Positions 12,320 to 24,089 are shown, numbered from the stretch's first letter. The stretch is 64,000 bases of DNA from Felis catus (GCF_018350175.1 NC_058383.1:29142001-29206000), one strand, 5' to 3'. Translations and numbers: made by a program. Notes: generated by a model from the sequence alone, not told the origin.

Positions 12320-12433
12320 GTTTGTATAAGGTCTTACTCAAGTTCTGGAGGTGTGTACTCTTTAACGCTCTAGAAACTCATATTTTGGGGGAGTAATGAT
12401 AGCAGGGCTTCGGTCGGTGGCAAAGCCCGTGTG

Positions 12434-13112
12434 CAGCAGTCTCCCCTTGTCCACGATTCACTTCCCGCGGCTTCAGTGACCCGCGGTCCACCAAGGTCCA
12501 GAAGCACATGATCCTTGTCAGAAGGTCAGATGTATCGTCCGAAGGTCCACGGTCGCCTAATGCTAGGTCACGGTGCCTATGTCACTCAGCTCACGTCCGT
12601 CTCGTCACAAGGGCATTTTATCGTCTCACGTCCTCACAGGAAGGGCGAATAAGCTATTTTATTTTATTTATTTATTTTTTTAATGTTTATTTATTTTTGA
12701 GACAGAGAGAGACAGAGCATGAACAGGGGAGAGTCAGAGAGAGGGAGACACAGAATCTGAAACAGGCTCCAGGCTCTGAGCTGTCAGCACAGAGCCCGAC
12801 GCGGGGCTCGAACTCACAGACCGTGACATCGTGACCTGAGCCGAAGTCGGCCGCTCAACCAACTGAGCCACCCAGGCGCCCCTGAATAAGCTATTTTAAG
12901 AGAGAGACCACTTCACAGAACTTTCATCATAGTACATTGTTCTAACTGTTCTCATTTGCTATTAGCCATTGTCGATCTCTTCCCGTGCCTCGTTTATAAA
13001 TTAAACTTTATCCCGCATGTGTATGTGCAGGAAATCACGTGGTACCTAGAGAGGTTTCAGGCTTCCTCTGGGGGGTTTGGAATGTGTCCCCCGCAGATGA
13101 GGGGGGCTGCTG
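12434..13112 (+). mobile_element. MER44-type (TcMar-Tigger) MITE interrupted by a Can-SINE (12662-12882, -)
   Basis: TIRs cagcagtctcccct / aggggggctgctg followed by TA; internal gagagagaccac...tttataaattaaactttatc as in the recalled MER44. SINE TSD gaataagctatttta at 12647-12661 and 12884-12898. Confidence 0.85.
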
Positions 13113-14279
13113 TAGTTTTCCATGGGACCAGCTGCTTTTAGGATCCATTTAATTTAATTTGAGGAATCCCTAAAAAGCCCTGTCTCTTGATAGAGGAAGG
13201 CTTGGCAGGGGCCTTCTTAGTTAAAGATGGTTAGTCCATTTTGGTAATCCTCTCTCTCTCCTCCACGGTTTAGAGGTTTTGCTGATGTGTGTAAGTAGCC
13301 TCAGTATTTTAAATGTGCATTTCAATTTGCACGGAGGCCTACTCCTACACATGTTATTTTCAGCGGCAGAATTTTCACCGTTCCCAGCAAAACGCCAGGC
13401 AGCCTGGATTTCTCTCATAAGCAGAATTACATAAGGAGCAGAGGAAACCGGAGGCCAACCCATGTTGAGAGCCTAGTATGTGCTAGGTGCTGTGGCAGGA
13501 GCACCAGGCCTGCCCGAAGCCGAATGCCACATTCTCTCCACCACCCGGATGCTGTGGGGGGGGGGGTTTCGTGACCTAACCCAGCCTTCCGTGCACAGAC
13601 CCTCTACGGCGCCGGACCGTGACGTGAGGGACGGGCTTGCTGTCCGCGGGGCCAGTTCCCTGCCCGGGAGATCCAGCCATCACCTACCGGGTCCACCAGC
13701 TGTCACCGGGACGACAGTTACGGCCCCTGCTGACCCCTGCTTGCTAAGGGTCCGGCCTGGCATCTCATGCCTGGCAGAAGTGCTTGGCTCTAGTGTTCTG
13801 AGGTTGTCACCATGGTCCATTTTACAGTTCAGAGAATAGAGGACTTAAAGTTTAACGTGACTTGCCCAAGGTCACGGAGCCCTTAAGTCTGCCCTGCAGG
13901 AAAGCCAGGGCTTACAAGCACAGTGGCATATTTTCTGCTCCGGATGGGAGGGCGGGAGGGCCGCTGACCGAGCCCCCGTGGTTCCTCCTCTGTCTCGGAT
14001 CACCGCGGTCTCTGGGCAGCAGAACCTACAGTCAAATCAAAGGAAAGTGGTAAAGCCCTGGAACTTGGTTCATACGCAAGCTAAAGAGTTCATCGTGTTT
14101 CAAATCAGTTCCTTCTTTTACATGTGGCCTGATCTGACCACAGAGAGTTTTCTGAATCTCCTTGATAATAATGAAATCAAAGAAGCAGCAGAAATGTTGC
14201 ATACGTTTTTATACATTATGCTGAGGTTTAACTTCAACTAAAAACTGAACTCCTGTTTGAAGCCCAGATTGTTTATTTT

Positions 14280-16012
14280 TTTAAATGTTTTTTAACATTT
14301 ATTTTTTGAGAGACAGAGCGTGAGCGGGGGAGGGGCAGAGAGAGAGGGAGTCGCAGATTCCGAAGCAGGCTCCAGGCTCTGAGCTGTCAGCCTGGAGCCG
14401 GACGCGGGGCTCGAACTCATGACCTGAGCCAGAGTCAGGTGCCCAACCGACTGAGTCACCCAGGTGCCCCATCAGATTGTTTATTTTAGCTGCCTCCTTG
14501 AATCCCGGGTTCTCCTTGACTTGCCACCCTTCCCTTCCCTACATTGAGTTTTGGAGAAGTTTTTAATCTGTACCATACTTCGTCCTCGCCTGTGATACCT
14601 TCTTACCACTGGCACGTTGTCCTTGCTCGGCGAATGTTCATATTAAATGTTGGCATGACTTTCAGAGATCACCAGCAGCGTGCCGCGGGGCAGGTCCCCT
14701 CTTGTATTCTTTTCCTTCTGACCTCATTCTCTTCTGAATTTTCAGCTTATCTGTTACTTCTCAGGGACAGGATGACAGGTGGTCTCCCCCCCTTCTGTCT
14801 CAGCATAATCTTAAAGGTATTAACATTAGAATGCCTAACAATAGACCACATGAATAGATTAGCTCCTTTTTATAACTTTAATCTTGCGAAGTGAAAACTT
14901 TCTACAAGCTATTTGGGGTCTCGAATGTGTAATGCCGTCATTAAAATAGGTTTTTATTCTCCTCCCATTGACAGTAAATCTGTCACTGCCTCAAAATTGG
15001 GGCTAAAAAAGAAAAAAAAATGATAAATTTTGTATTTCTTCACCAGTCCCACTAAAAGAGAAAAACATCTTGACAGCTTTTAATTGAACCAGAGACCTGG
15101 AGATAATTGGGCTTTCTGGAGCAGCATTCACCGAGTGAGACCTTCCAGCAGCGCAAAGCTGGGAGTTTAACGGGTCATTCTTAGCTGCTTTGTGGTAAGC
15201 ATTTAGTGCTAATGTTGTCAGCAGGATGTGGGTCGGGATATCAGGCTCTGAACCTGTGGAGTCAACACACTTCGGTGACTTTCACGAGGTCCTGTATCGA
15301 GGGAGAATACAAAAGTCTGACCCCACGAAGGGTCCGTGTTAAGCTCTGAAGGGTTCAGAGGATTCCAGGAGCTGTGAAGGTTGGGGTGTGTGCGGCTACC
15401 GGGTCGGACACTTTGGTGCAGCCTGGGGAGGTCTGTCTTGTCCAGGCAGCTCCCAGCTCTCCTCCTGGCGAGAGTATCTTGACAGGACCTCAGGTGACAC
15501 ACGAAGGTGTGTTGGGTGCCCCGCACTGTCAGCAAAGGCACAAGAAGTGTAAAAGAAAGCGTTTCATCTGTTAGGGAGCTTGCTGTTTTCCAAGGAGGAA
15601 GTTGCAAAAAGTAGGACCATAGAATATTGTCTATAGTAGCAGTCCTGGGACAATTGGTGCTCAGTAAATCCCACACAAAATTGTCTTCTGTGTCAGTTAT
15701 ACATTTTAATATCTAAGGTACACAGGAGTTCACTAGACCCCTTTCCAGCTAACAAGATGACTTAAATTGCAAAAGGAATGACTGTTTATTTATCACATAC
15801 CAAGCATTGTGCCAGGAGCATCCTTTACTGTCTGTCCCGTATAAGAAGCTTGTAAAGTATAGGTGTCATTATTTCCAATTTCTAGAGAGGAAACAGGCTC
15901 AAAGAATTAGAAACTTGCAAAGCAAAATATAGCTGGTATTGGGGGCCGTAGGGAGGGCTCACACATTGGACCACTCTGCAGTATGTGAAATCTACCCAAA
16001 CTTTTTAGTTAT

Positions 16013-16058
<46 letters not shown>

Positions 16059-18158
16059 AATGAGCATGAGCAGGGGGAAGGGCAGAGAAAGAGAATCCCA
16101 AGCAGGCTCCACGCTGTCAGTGAAGGCCCGACGCAGGCCTTGAACTCACGAACCGTGAGATCGTGACCTGAGCCAAAATCAAGAGTTGGACGCTTTACCG
16201 GCTTAGCCACCCGGGTGTCCCAAAATCTTACACATAATGTAGGTCCCTCCTTTCAGATTTTTAATGATTAGCGTAGATTGGTAGTGTTATCTACTTTTCC
16301 TTGGGAGAATTCCAGGTACATCCTCCATTGGCACATAAAGGAACCCAGTTCCGTGTGTTGTCTATGCTGGAATAAAGTATCCCTGGGAAATGTTCTCCGG
16401 GCAGTGCTTAATGGATGCGTTTCTACAGCACACTTGTTCTCGAGGATAAGTGAATAGTGTCCCCCACTGTCCTGATGCTGACAAGACTGGCCGTCCTCAA
16501 AATACTGATGGACCAGTACCCAGGGGTTCTCTCGGGTCCTGTGAGCACACGGAGGAGTGCCCAGAGACACTCTCCCTGGTGATCCTTTTCGTCATATGAT
16601 AGGCCGCTACAAGTCTTTTTCTTCCTTACGTTTATTTTTTTTCATTATTTTTAATGTTTTATTTATTTTTGAGAGAGAGAAAAAGAGACAGAGTGTGAAC
16701 GTGGGAGGAGCAGAGACAGAGGGAGACCTAGAATCTGAAGCAGGCTCAAAGCTCTGGGCTCTCAGAACAGAGCCCCACTCGGGTCTTGAACTCACGAGCT
16801 GTGAGATCATGACCTGAGCCCAAGTCGGACGCTCAACTGACTGAGCCACCCAGACACCCCATTTCCTCCTTACATTTAAAACACAACACATTAGACCTTT
16901 AAATGTTTACCGAGAACCAGCAGTTTCACTGGGGTCTTGACTAATCTGTTGAACCTTTCATGCTTAGACCCATGAGGTTACAGCATGGAAGATGGAGGAT
17001 CTACTTAGATGTCACTCAGTCTGCCTTTGCTGAGCACTCGGTCCAGGCTCAGGAGGTCCAGCCAAGCTTTTTAATTCCTCAGTGGAAATGTGGTTGACGG
17101 CCTCCGTGTGACCCATGAGGTGTGTGCTGCTCAGTCCCCATTCCTCATGGCAGCCCGCCAGGGCTCCCCGTAAGCCACTCGGGAACCCTGCCTTCTTGGG
17201 GGTGGGAAACCGCCCCCTCACCAGGCACTTTGGAACGTTTCCCGGTTAAAAGTGTTTGTGTAACACCCCAAAGGATCTTTCTGTATACAGAATTCCACTC
17301 TGCAGAAAATGATACGATGGCACTTTTCCAGGGTACCATGTAGTTTTTTAGATTCTGCTCTGGATTCACCTGAGGGAAGAAATCTCTTACCTCTCAGAAT
17401 TTCTCCCTGTCAGCTCTGTCAGGAGAAAGGTACACAAGCACCAACGGTCACCTGCTGTGTTGACCACTTTTCATTTTCTGTCGTGGTCTTGTTAATAAAA
17501 ATCGTGTGCTCACTACGAAAATCTGTAAAATGAAGAAAAACGGGAAGAAAATGAAGCCCCGTGGTTGCCTGATACTCTGTTCCTAAGTGTTTTTAGTCTG
17601 CCTGGGATTTTTATATGTAGTTGGTTGGCATCATGCTTCTTAGGCAATTTAGTATCCAGCGTGTTTCCCCATTTAAAAAACTCTCAGTCAAATCATTTTA
17701 ATTAATAGCATATTTTATTTTTACATTTTTTGGCTTTTTTTTTTTTTTTTTTTTGAGAGAGAGAGAGGCACACACAGGGGAGGGGTAGAGGGAGAGTGGG
17801 GGAATCTTAGGCAGTCTTCAACGTGGAGCCTGACATGGGGCTTGATCTCACAACCGTGAGATCATGACCTGAGCTGAAATCAAGAGTCGGATGCTTAACT
17901 GATTGAGCTACCGGGGCACCCCAGTTTTTTTTTTAGCTTTCTTTTTAAATGTTAATTTATTTATTTTGAGAGAGAGTGTGCGTGTTTGAGCGCACAAGCA
18001 GGGGAGGGGCAGAGAGGGAGGGAGAGAGAGAGCATCCCAGTCAGACCCCACACTGTCAGCCCAGAGCCTGACATGGGTTTGATCTCATGAACCTTGAGTT
18101 CGTGACCTGAGCCAAAATCAAGAGTCGGACGTTCAACTGACTGGGCCACTCGGGGGCC
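14280..18158 (-). mobile_element. Five antisense Can-SINEs in the last PARN intron (~14280-14470, 16000-16221, 16635-16860, 17735-17922, 17925-18158)
   Basis: Each shows a reverse-complement SINE head, (GA)n and a T-rich tail. The span includes unique sequence between copies. Confidence 0.88.
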
Positions 18159-18221
18159 TCGGTTTTGTTGGATCTTGAAGCAACATTCCTAAGGGTCAGC
18201 TTTATTAAGATACAATTTATG

Positions 18222-18353
18222 AATAAACTGAGGGTTGATGGGGGGTGGGAGGGAGGGGAAAGTGGGTGATGGGCATTGAGGAGGGCACCTGTTGGGATGA
18301 GTACTGGGTGTTGTATGGAAACCAATTTGACAATAAATTTCATATTTAAAAAA
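18222..18353 (+). mobile_element. Young 5'-truncated felid L1 3' end with perfect 15-bp TSD
   Basis: gggcattgaggagggcacctgttgggatgag...gtatggaaaccaatttgacaataaatttcat plus A tail; TSD aagatacaatttatg at 18207-18221 and 18354-18368. Confidence 0.9.
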
Positions 18354-18368
18354 AAGATACAATTTATG

Positions 18369-19450
18369 TACAGTAAGTCCTCACTTCTAGGTGCACAATT
18401 TGAGGAATTTTAACACATGTGTACAGCCATCATTGTGATCAAGAGAGAGAATGGTTTTATCATTCCAGAAGATTCCCTCATGCCTCCATCCCTCCTCCCA
18501 CCCCCAGATCCTGGCCCTGATCTGCTTCTTTCTCAACCAAATGCATTTGAGATACGTTCATGCTATTACATCTACCAGTGGTTCCTTACTCCTTGCTGCT
18601 GAGTAGTGTTCTTTTTATGGACGTATCCCTGTCAATCCATTTTGCCAGTTGGCGTGTAGGTTGTTACCACTTTTAAGCAAGTAAAAAAAATCCTGTAACC
18701 ATTTGCGAACAGGTTTTTGTTTGAACTAAGTTTTCATTTCTTTTGGGTAAATACCCAAGAGTGGAATTGCTGGGTCAGGTAGTAAGTGCAGTGTTTTACT
18801 TTATAAGACACTGGCATGGCCTTTTTTAAAGTGGCTGCACCATCGTGCATTCCCGCTGTCAGCGTGTGAGGGTTCCGGTGGCTCTGCACGGTCACCAGTA
18901 TTGGGATTGTCCTTTGTAGCCCATTTTAGTGGGTCTGTAGTGGTATCTCGTTATGGCTTTGACCTGAATTTCCTCTAATGACTAATGATGCTACGCATGT
19001 CTCTGTGCGGTTATTTACCGTCCAGATCTCTTCTTGGGTGGAATGTCTTTTCAGATCTTTTGCCCTTTTTTTCATGGGGTTGTTTGTTTTCTTCTCATTG
19101 AGTTTTGAGAGTTCTTTGTATATTCTGGATCCAAGTCCTCTTGGGTTTTGCTCATCCTTCCAGACTCTGCTTTTCTTTTCATCTTCTTAATGTTATCTTC
19201 CAAATAGTAGTTTTCAGTTTTACTGAAGTCCATTGTATCATGTCTGTTTCCTTGCATTATGCTTTTGGTGTCACAACTAAGAAGTCTTTGCCTGACTCTA
19301 CATTACAAGGATTTTCTCCTGTGTTTTCTTCTAGAGGTTTTATGGTTTTAGGTTTTATATTTAGATGTACAACCCATTTTGAGTTAATTTTCGTGTATGA
19401 TGCAGGGTATGCATTGAGATCCATTCTAGCAGGAGGCAGATGTCCTGAAA
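18369..19450 (-). mobile_element. Old L1M 3' end/ORF2 fragment (host of the young L1)
   Basis: Antisense L1 motifs; the minus ORF reads YTKINSKWVVHLNIKPKTIKPLEENTGE. Confidence 0.85.
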
Positions 19451-20221
19451 TACTCATTTAAAACGAATCGTTCCAGAGTAATTCTCTGCGCTTTAGTAAA
19501 ACAGGCCTGTGAAAATGAGCTCCCCCGAACACTGACCCCAGCTCCTTACCCACTAGCTTTGAGACTCATCCCTCAGTCTACAGTGCTCCCTTTCCAGAAA
19601 GTGCTGGAAAGAACACCATCAGTGACCTCCAGCCCCCTCTGGTCTAGGTCTCCTTCAGATGGTTCTTAAAGTTCTGGTTCCTCTGGACACATCATTGTTG
19701 CTCAGCAGCTGTACGTTTTAGGCAGTGGAAACTAGGCCCTTCTTGACTGGAGGCTGTTGGCTTCCTGGGCAACGACCATGTTCAGTGTCGGGCCACCTTA
19801 CTGATAAGAAGAAGGGACCTGACATGCATTAAACATGTTCATGTGTCAGGAACTCTGCCGTATCACAGCAGGCCAGTGTGGCACGAAAGTAGTCTTCAGT
19901 CCCGCTGATAGGTGAGGCTGTGAGAGTTGTTCAGAGCCATACAGCTAGTCACATGGCCAAGCCAGGCTGGCCTCATCCAGAGCTCCCGCTAATTCCATTC
20001 CTCCTCACCAGCTCTTGGACGAGTCACTTCCTGTGTGTCTGCCGGCCTGCAGCCATGCCCACACCCAGTCCCATCCAGCCAGCAGCAGGTGCTCTTGTAA
20101 GGATGACTTATACTTTCAGCCATTTAGCCGTTTTATTTGTTTTCCTCGCAGCTAGTTTTAATTTACTTCAGTCCCCCCACATTGGGTAGTATGGCTCTTG
20201 CCTTTAAAATAGCTCATCGGC

Positions 20222-20430
20222 GGGGTGCCTGGGTGGCTCAGTCGGTTGGGCGTCCAACTTCGGCTCAGGTCATGATCTCACGGTTCGTGAGTTCGAGCCC
20301 CCCATCGGCCTCTGTGCTGACAGCTCAGATCCTGGAGCCCGCTTCGGATTCTGTGTCTCCCTGTCTCTCTGCCCCTCCCTGACTCATGCTCTGTCTCTCA
20401 AAGAATTAAACATTAAAAAAAATTAAAAAG
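20222..20430 (+). mobile_element. Can-SINE
   Basis: ggggtgcctgggtggctcagtcggttgggcg head, (CT)n, A tail. Confidence 0.93.
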
Positions 20431-21499
20431 AAATCTTTAAAATGGCTCTTTGGCTGCTGTAGTATTTCTTTTGGTATGTGAATCATACAAATGCCCTCAT
20501 CGATGTTTCTTTTCCTCCTTCCAGTTAGGCATTGTATAAATGCATGATTGAGAAGGTCAGGCTGGCCAGGTCTCATCACAGCCCATCTGCAGTATTTCCT
20601 TGTTCTGGGGAGGGGAGCCTCTCTGCGTTTCCTCCTCTGATCAACCTGGATCCCCAGAACATCTCCTGTCCCTCATCACTGCTCACCGGAGGGGACTCAC
20701 GGTCCTTACTGTGAGTGCCGACACATGAGTGTCCGACACAGAGATGAGACCCGGGGCAGAAGATTTCCCGAGTGTCCCTCTGCTGGACCCCTCGTCCCAT
20801 CTGTCCACACTGTATCTCCGGCAGTGATCCCACGTGGAAATTCTTGCCTTGGGTGACTGAGATCCCGTGTTACTTGGTGTGTTCAGATCTGGTTGTCTTT
20901 GGACATTCCTGTCCCTCAGGTGGCCACTGGTGGCCAAATGATTTCCTACTTTGCAGGACGCTGCACCTCCTCCGTGTTTTAAACTTCCCATTTTAGGCAA
21001 GCGTCAGAGCCCTCTCTCTTTTTGGAATGCTGGAGCATTTGCCGCTGGGGTTAGCCTTGCCGGCTTTCCCTGCCAGCCCTGCCTGAACCCCGGGGCCACC
21101 CCCCCCCCCCCCGGTCTGTCCCACTTTCCATCGCAGACACGCTCTTCCCTAACTTGATTCCCCTTCTCTCAGCCCCGGGCACGCCTGGTCCAGGCCCAGC
21201 CCAGCTGTGCCGCTGCTATTCCAGGGAGTGTCTTGAGTGGAGAAGAGCCTCCAGCTGCCTGGTGAAACTGTTTGGAACTGGAGAGGACCTTCAGGGCTTA
21301 GCCAGTGTTGCCAGACTCTGAAAAGGCTGCCTTTTGGGGTCTCTCTGAACCCCCGTAGGTCAGCTTCTCTCCTCTGCAAAGCCGCCAGCCCCTCGGGTTT
21401 CTCATTTGGGTGCCGGTAGGGCCCAGCACAGAGGAGCCTGGTGTCCTGGGACGCGACAGGGCCCTGCATGCCATGGGAGGAGCCAGTCCCATCCTCAGC

Positions 21500-21960
21500 C
21501 GCTCTCTGGCAGTGAGACTGGTCATCTTACTTAGCCTCTCTGAGTCTGCTCTTGCATCTGTAAAACAGGGATATTGGTACCACCATGCTGGGCTTTTATG
21601 AAGATTAAATGAACGGAGGGCTGCCTGGCTGGCTCAGTAGAGCATGTGACTCTTGAACTTGGGGCCTTGAGATACAGCCCCATGTTGGGTGTAAACCTTG
21701 CTTAAAAAAAAAAAAGGAGGGGCACCTGGGTGGCTTAGTCTCTTGGGCAGCTGACTTCAGCTCAGGTCATGATCTCACAGTTCAGGAGTTCGAGCCCCAC
21801 ATTGGGCTTATTGCTGCCAGCACAGAGCTCACTTCAGATCCTTCCTCTCCCTCTCTTTTTCTGCCCCTCCCCTGCTTACAAACCTCTCTCTCTCTCTCTC
21901 AAAATAAATAAACATTTAAAAAAAAGGATTAAATGAACCGAGTGCCCAGTGTGGTGGCAA
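21500..21960 (+). mobile_element. MIR fragment interrupted by a short and a full Can-SINE (21618-21716, 21720-21925)
   Basis: MIR core cttacttagcctctctgagtctg...catctgtaaaacagg; gattaaatgaac repeated on both sides of the SINEs. Confidence 0.75.
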
Positions 21961-22270
21961 AGAATACAGTACATGCTCCCCGAGAGATATGTGAGCATCC
22001 TTGCTTTAACCCCCGTGAAGTTAACAGAGGCGTCCATCCAGGGAGGCGCGTCCCTAATCCTACGTGCGAAGTTTCTGTGGGGTCGCCACCGTCTGCTGGG
22101 CACTGCCGTCCGTGGGCAGGGCCTGTTGTGAACCATCTCTGCCCAGCCCAGCCCCGTCTGCCTCGGCCTTTGCGGGTGGCAGTGGGCGCTGTGCTCCCAG
22201 CCGGTCGCTTGGTCCCCCAGGTGCTGTCCCTCTTCTTGTTCACCTTGTTTTGTCCTTCCCCCCCCCGCAG

Positions 22271-22323
22271 GAGGCCTCCCGGGTAGCCCTGCCAAGCTCT
22301 TCGAGGTTCCCGACACGTGGTAA
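22271..22323 (+). CDS. PARN: PARN last coding exon segment, (G)GLPGSPAKLFEVPDTW*
   Basis: Long polypyrimidine tract ending ccccgcag at 22270. The phase-1 join to the previous exon gives G|GA. Ends LFEVPDTW-TAA (TAA 22321-22323), matching the recalled human C-terminus SPATLFEVPDTW. Confidence 0.96.
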
Positions 22324-23350
22324 CCGAGACCCGAAGGAAAACAAATCGCTGGTGCCGTGGCTGAGGAAGACCCAGCTGGCACATTCAGAAGCCATACTGT
22401 ATTTAATTTCATGAAATGTGGTATGGGAGGGGTTTGAAGCCAAGTCTGTGTCCTGGCAAAAACCCAGTTTCTTTTATTTGTGTGGCTGTGTTTCTTTTCT
22501 TCCTTTTTAATGTAAACTGTCTGCTGACACTCAGCACGGTTGTAGGCCGTCTTGAATGTGCACATTATTAACCAGTTGATGATTTGTTGCTCATGTGAAA
22601 CCCCTTTTCCAGTGTCATGAATTTTAGCGCGTTTAAGAACCTACCTGGTGGGGATCGTCGGCTGTGAAATAAGCGAAGAGCCGACATTCTTGGGCGCCGG
22701 GATCGTGAGTTTTGGGGTTGAAGTCTTTACTGCTTCGAGAGGTTTCTTTTTGTGTTCTCGTGCGCAGATTTGGGGGCCTCCGCAGCGCGCGGTTACAGTC
22801 TCCCCCGTGGAGAGACCCCTCGCGTCTGCCCACTTCCCGCCATAGCTGCCTGAAAATACTAAGCACTCCAGCTTGTTTTTCCAGTAGGAAAATGTCTAAC
22901 GCCGTCCACCCATAAAGACGCTTACTATATGCCTTGGCCTTTGGGGCATTTTTATTTAGAGTCCTTCTTCCTAACTTGTGAGATTCTCAAGGCGAACTGG
23001 ACGAGTACAAAAAGTTCACTTCTGTTTTTACACGTAGTGCTGTGTTCCCTTTTCCGTACCTTAGCCTCCTTGCCGTCTCTGTTCGGGAGTGTGTCCGGGG
23101 GTAAGGTGGCATGTGTGTGTACACGTGCGTGTGTGTGTGCGTGTGTGTGTGAAATCACAGATTACAACGTGTACCAGCCCTCTCTCTGTTGAAACAGATC
23201 ACAGCAGTGACAGGATTTCATGGATCTACTTCCGTAGGTCTGTTTCATGTAGATCATTGTTAGATATTTAACATTTTTTTTGTATCATGGAAAATAAAAA
23301 TGAAAAATGTATTTCCAAGAGATGAAAATTAAAGAAATTTTCCTAGGATT
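22324..23350 (+). other. PARN: PARN 3'UTR (approximate 3' end)
   Basis: Repeat-free ~1 kb between the stop codon and the poly(A) signals; the exact cleavage site is inferred. Confidence 0.8.
23109..23151 (+). repeat. Imperfect (TG)n / alternating purine-pyrimidine tract in the PARN 3'UTR
   Basis: gcatgtgtgtgtacacgtgcgtgtgtgtgtgcgtgtgtgtgtg. Confidence 0.9.
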
Positions 23351-23376
23351 CTGGTTTTCTCCTGTTTCTTTTTGGT
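23293..23376 (+). terminator. PARN polyadenylation signals: AATAAA (23293-23298) and ATTAAA (23328-23333) with downstream U/GU-rich element
   Basis: Both hexamers are seen directly; upstream TGTA at 23281 and downstream ctggttttctcctgtttctttttggt at 23351-23376. Confidence 0.75.
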
Positions 23377-24040
23377 AAGCGAATGACGTATTTGATCTTT
23401 ACATAGATGTATTTCTCTCTAAAGATCACCCCTAAAAAGCTCTGGTAAGTCAGGAAGCCTGGTGTTCGTGGATTTTTTTTTTTTCTTTTTTTTAACCTCC
23501 AACTCCTTATACTTGCGTTAACGAGTCAGATGCCCGTTGCTGGAGCCGAGCCCTGTGGAGAATGGCTGTGTAGGAGGGTCCGGGTGTCCTGCGTGGCGGG
23601 TGGAGCCCTCTGCCATCAGTGGTGCTGTGTGAATTCGGATCAGTGAGACACTCTCCCCAGTTGAGAGCCTCTTAGCGCTTCCCCTCCCTCCCCCACCCCA
23701 CCTTACCCAAGAGTTTGTGCGGAGTTACAAATCCAAACTTGTCTGGGAGGAGCTCCCACCCCTTCTAGAGCTTCGTCCCTGCTCACAGCCCAGCGGGGTG
23801 GTGCACAGGGAGGTGCAGATAAAGGCTGATGTCTACAGGAGGCTTACAGGGCACTGCCAGGGCTGTGCCGGGTCTCAGAAACTGACAGGTAGGAACAGGT
23901 AGTGCCTGATACTTTCTAACGTAGTAAACAAGAGGGAAAACCAACCACAGACTGTGATTGGCGCACGTCGGAGAAGTACGTGTGGCCTGAGGAACACACT
24001 TGCGTGGCACCCTGAGCCCGGTTCTCCCTGCTCAGAAAGC

Positions 24041-24043
<3 letters not shown>

Positions 24044-24087
<44 letters not shown>
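24044..24087 (+). repeat. (CA)n microsatellite
   Basis: Perfect dinucleotide run seen directly. Confidence 0.97.

Positions 24088-24089
<2 letters not shown>

Larger units (their letters stand above)
12320..22270 (+). other. PARN: PARN last intron (9951 bp, GT-AG)
   Basis: GT at 12320, AG at 22269-22270; reading frame is preserved across the junction. Confidence 0.93.

Noticed and set aside
12320..12396. In-frame read-through of the PARN exon into the intron ([10 protein letters not shown]...GE*)
   Set aside because: Homology to PARN stops at the GT donor and resumes at 22271; no evidence for intron retention.
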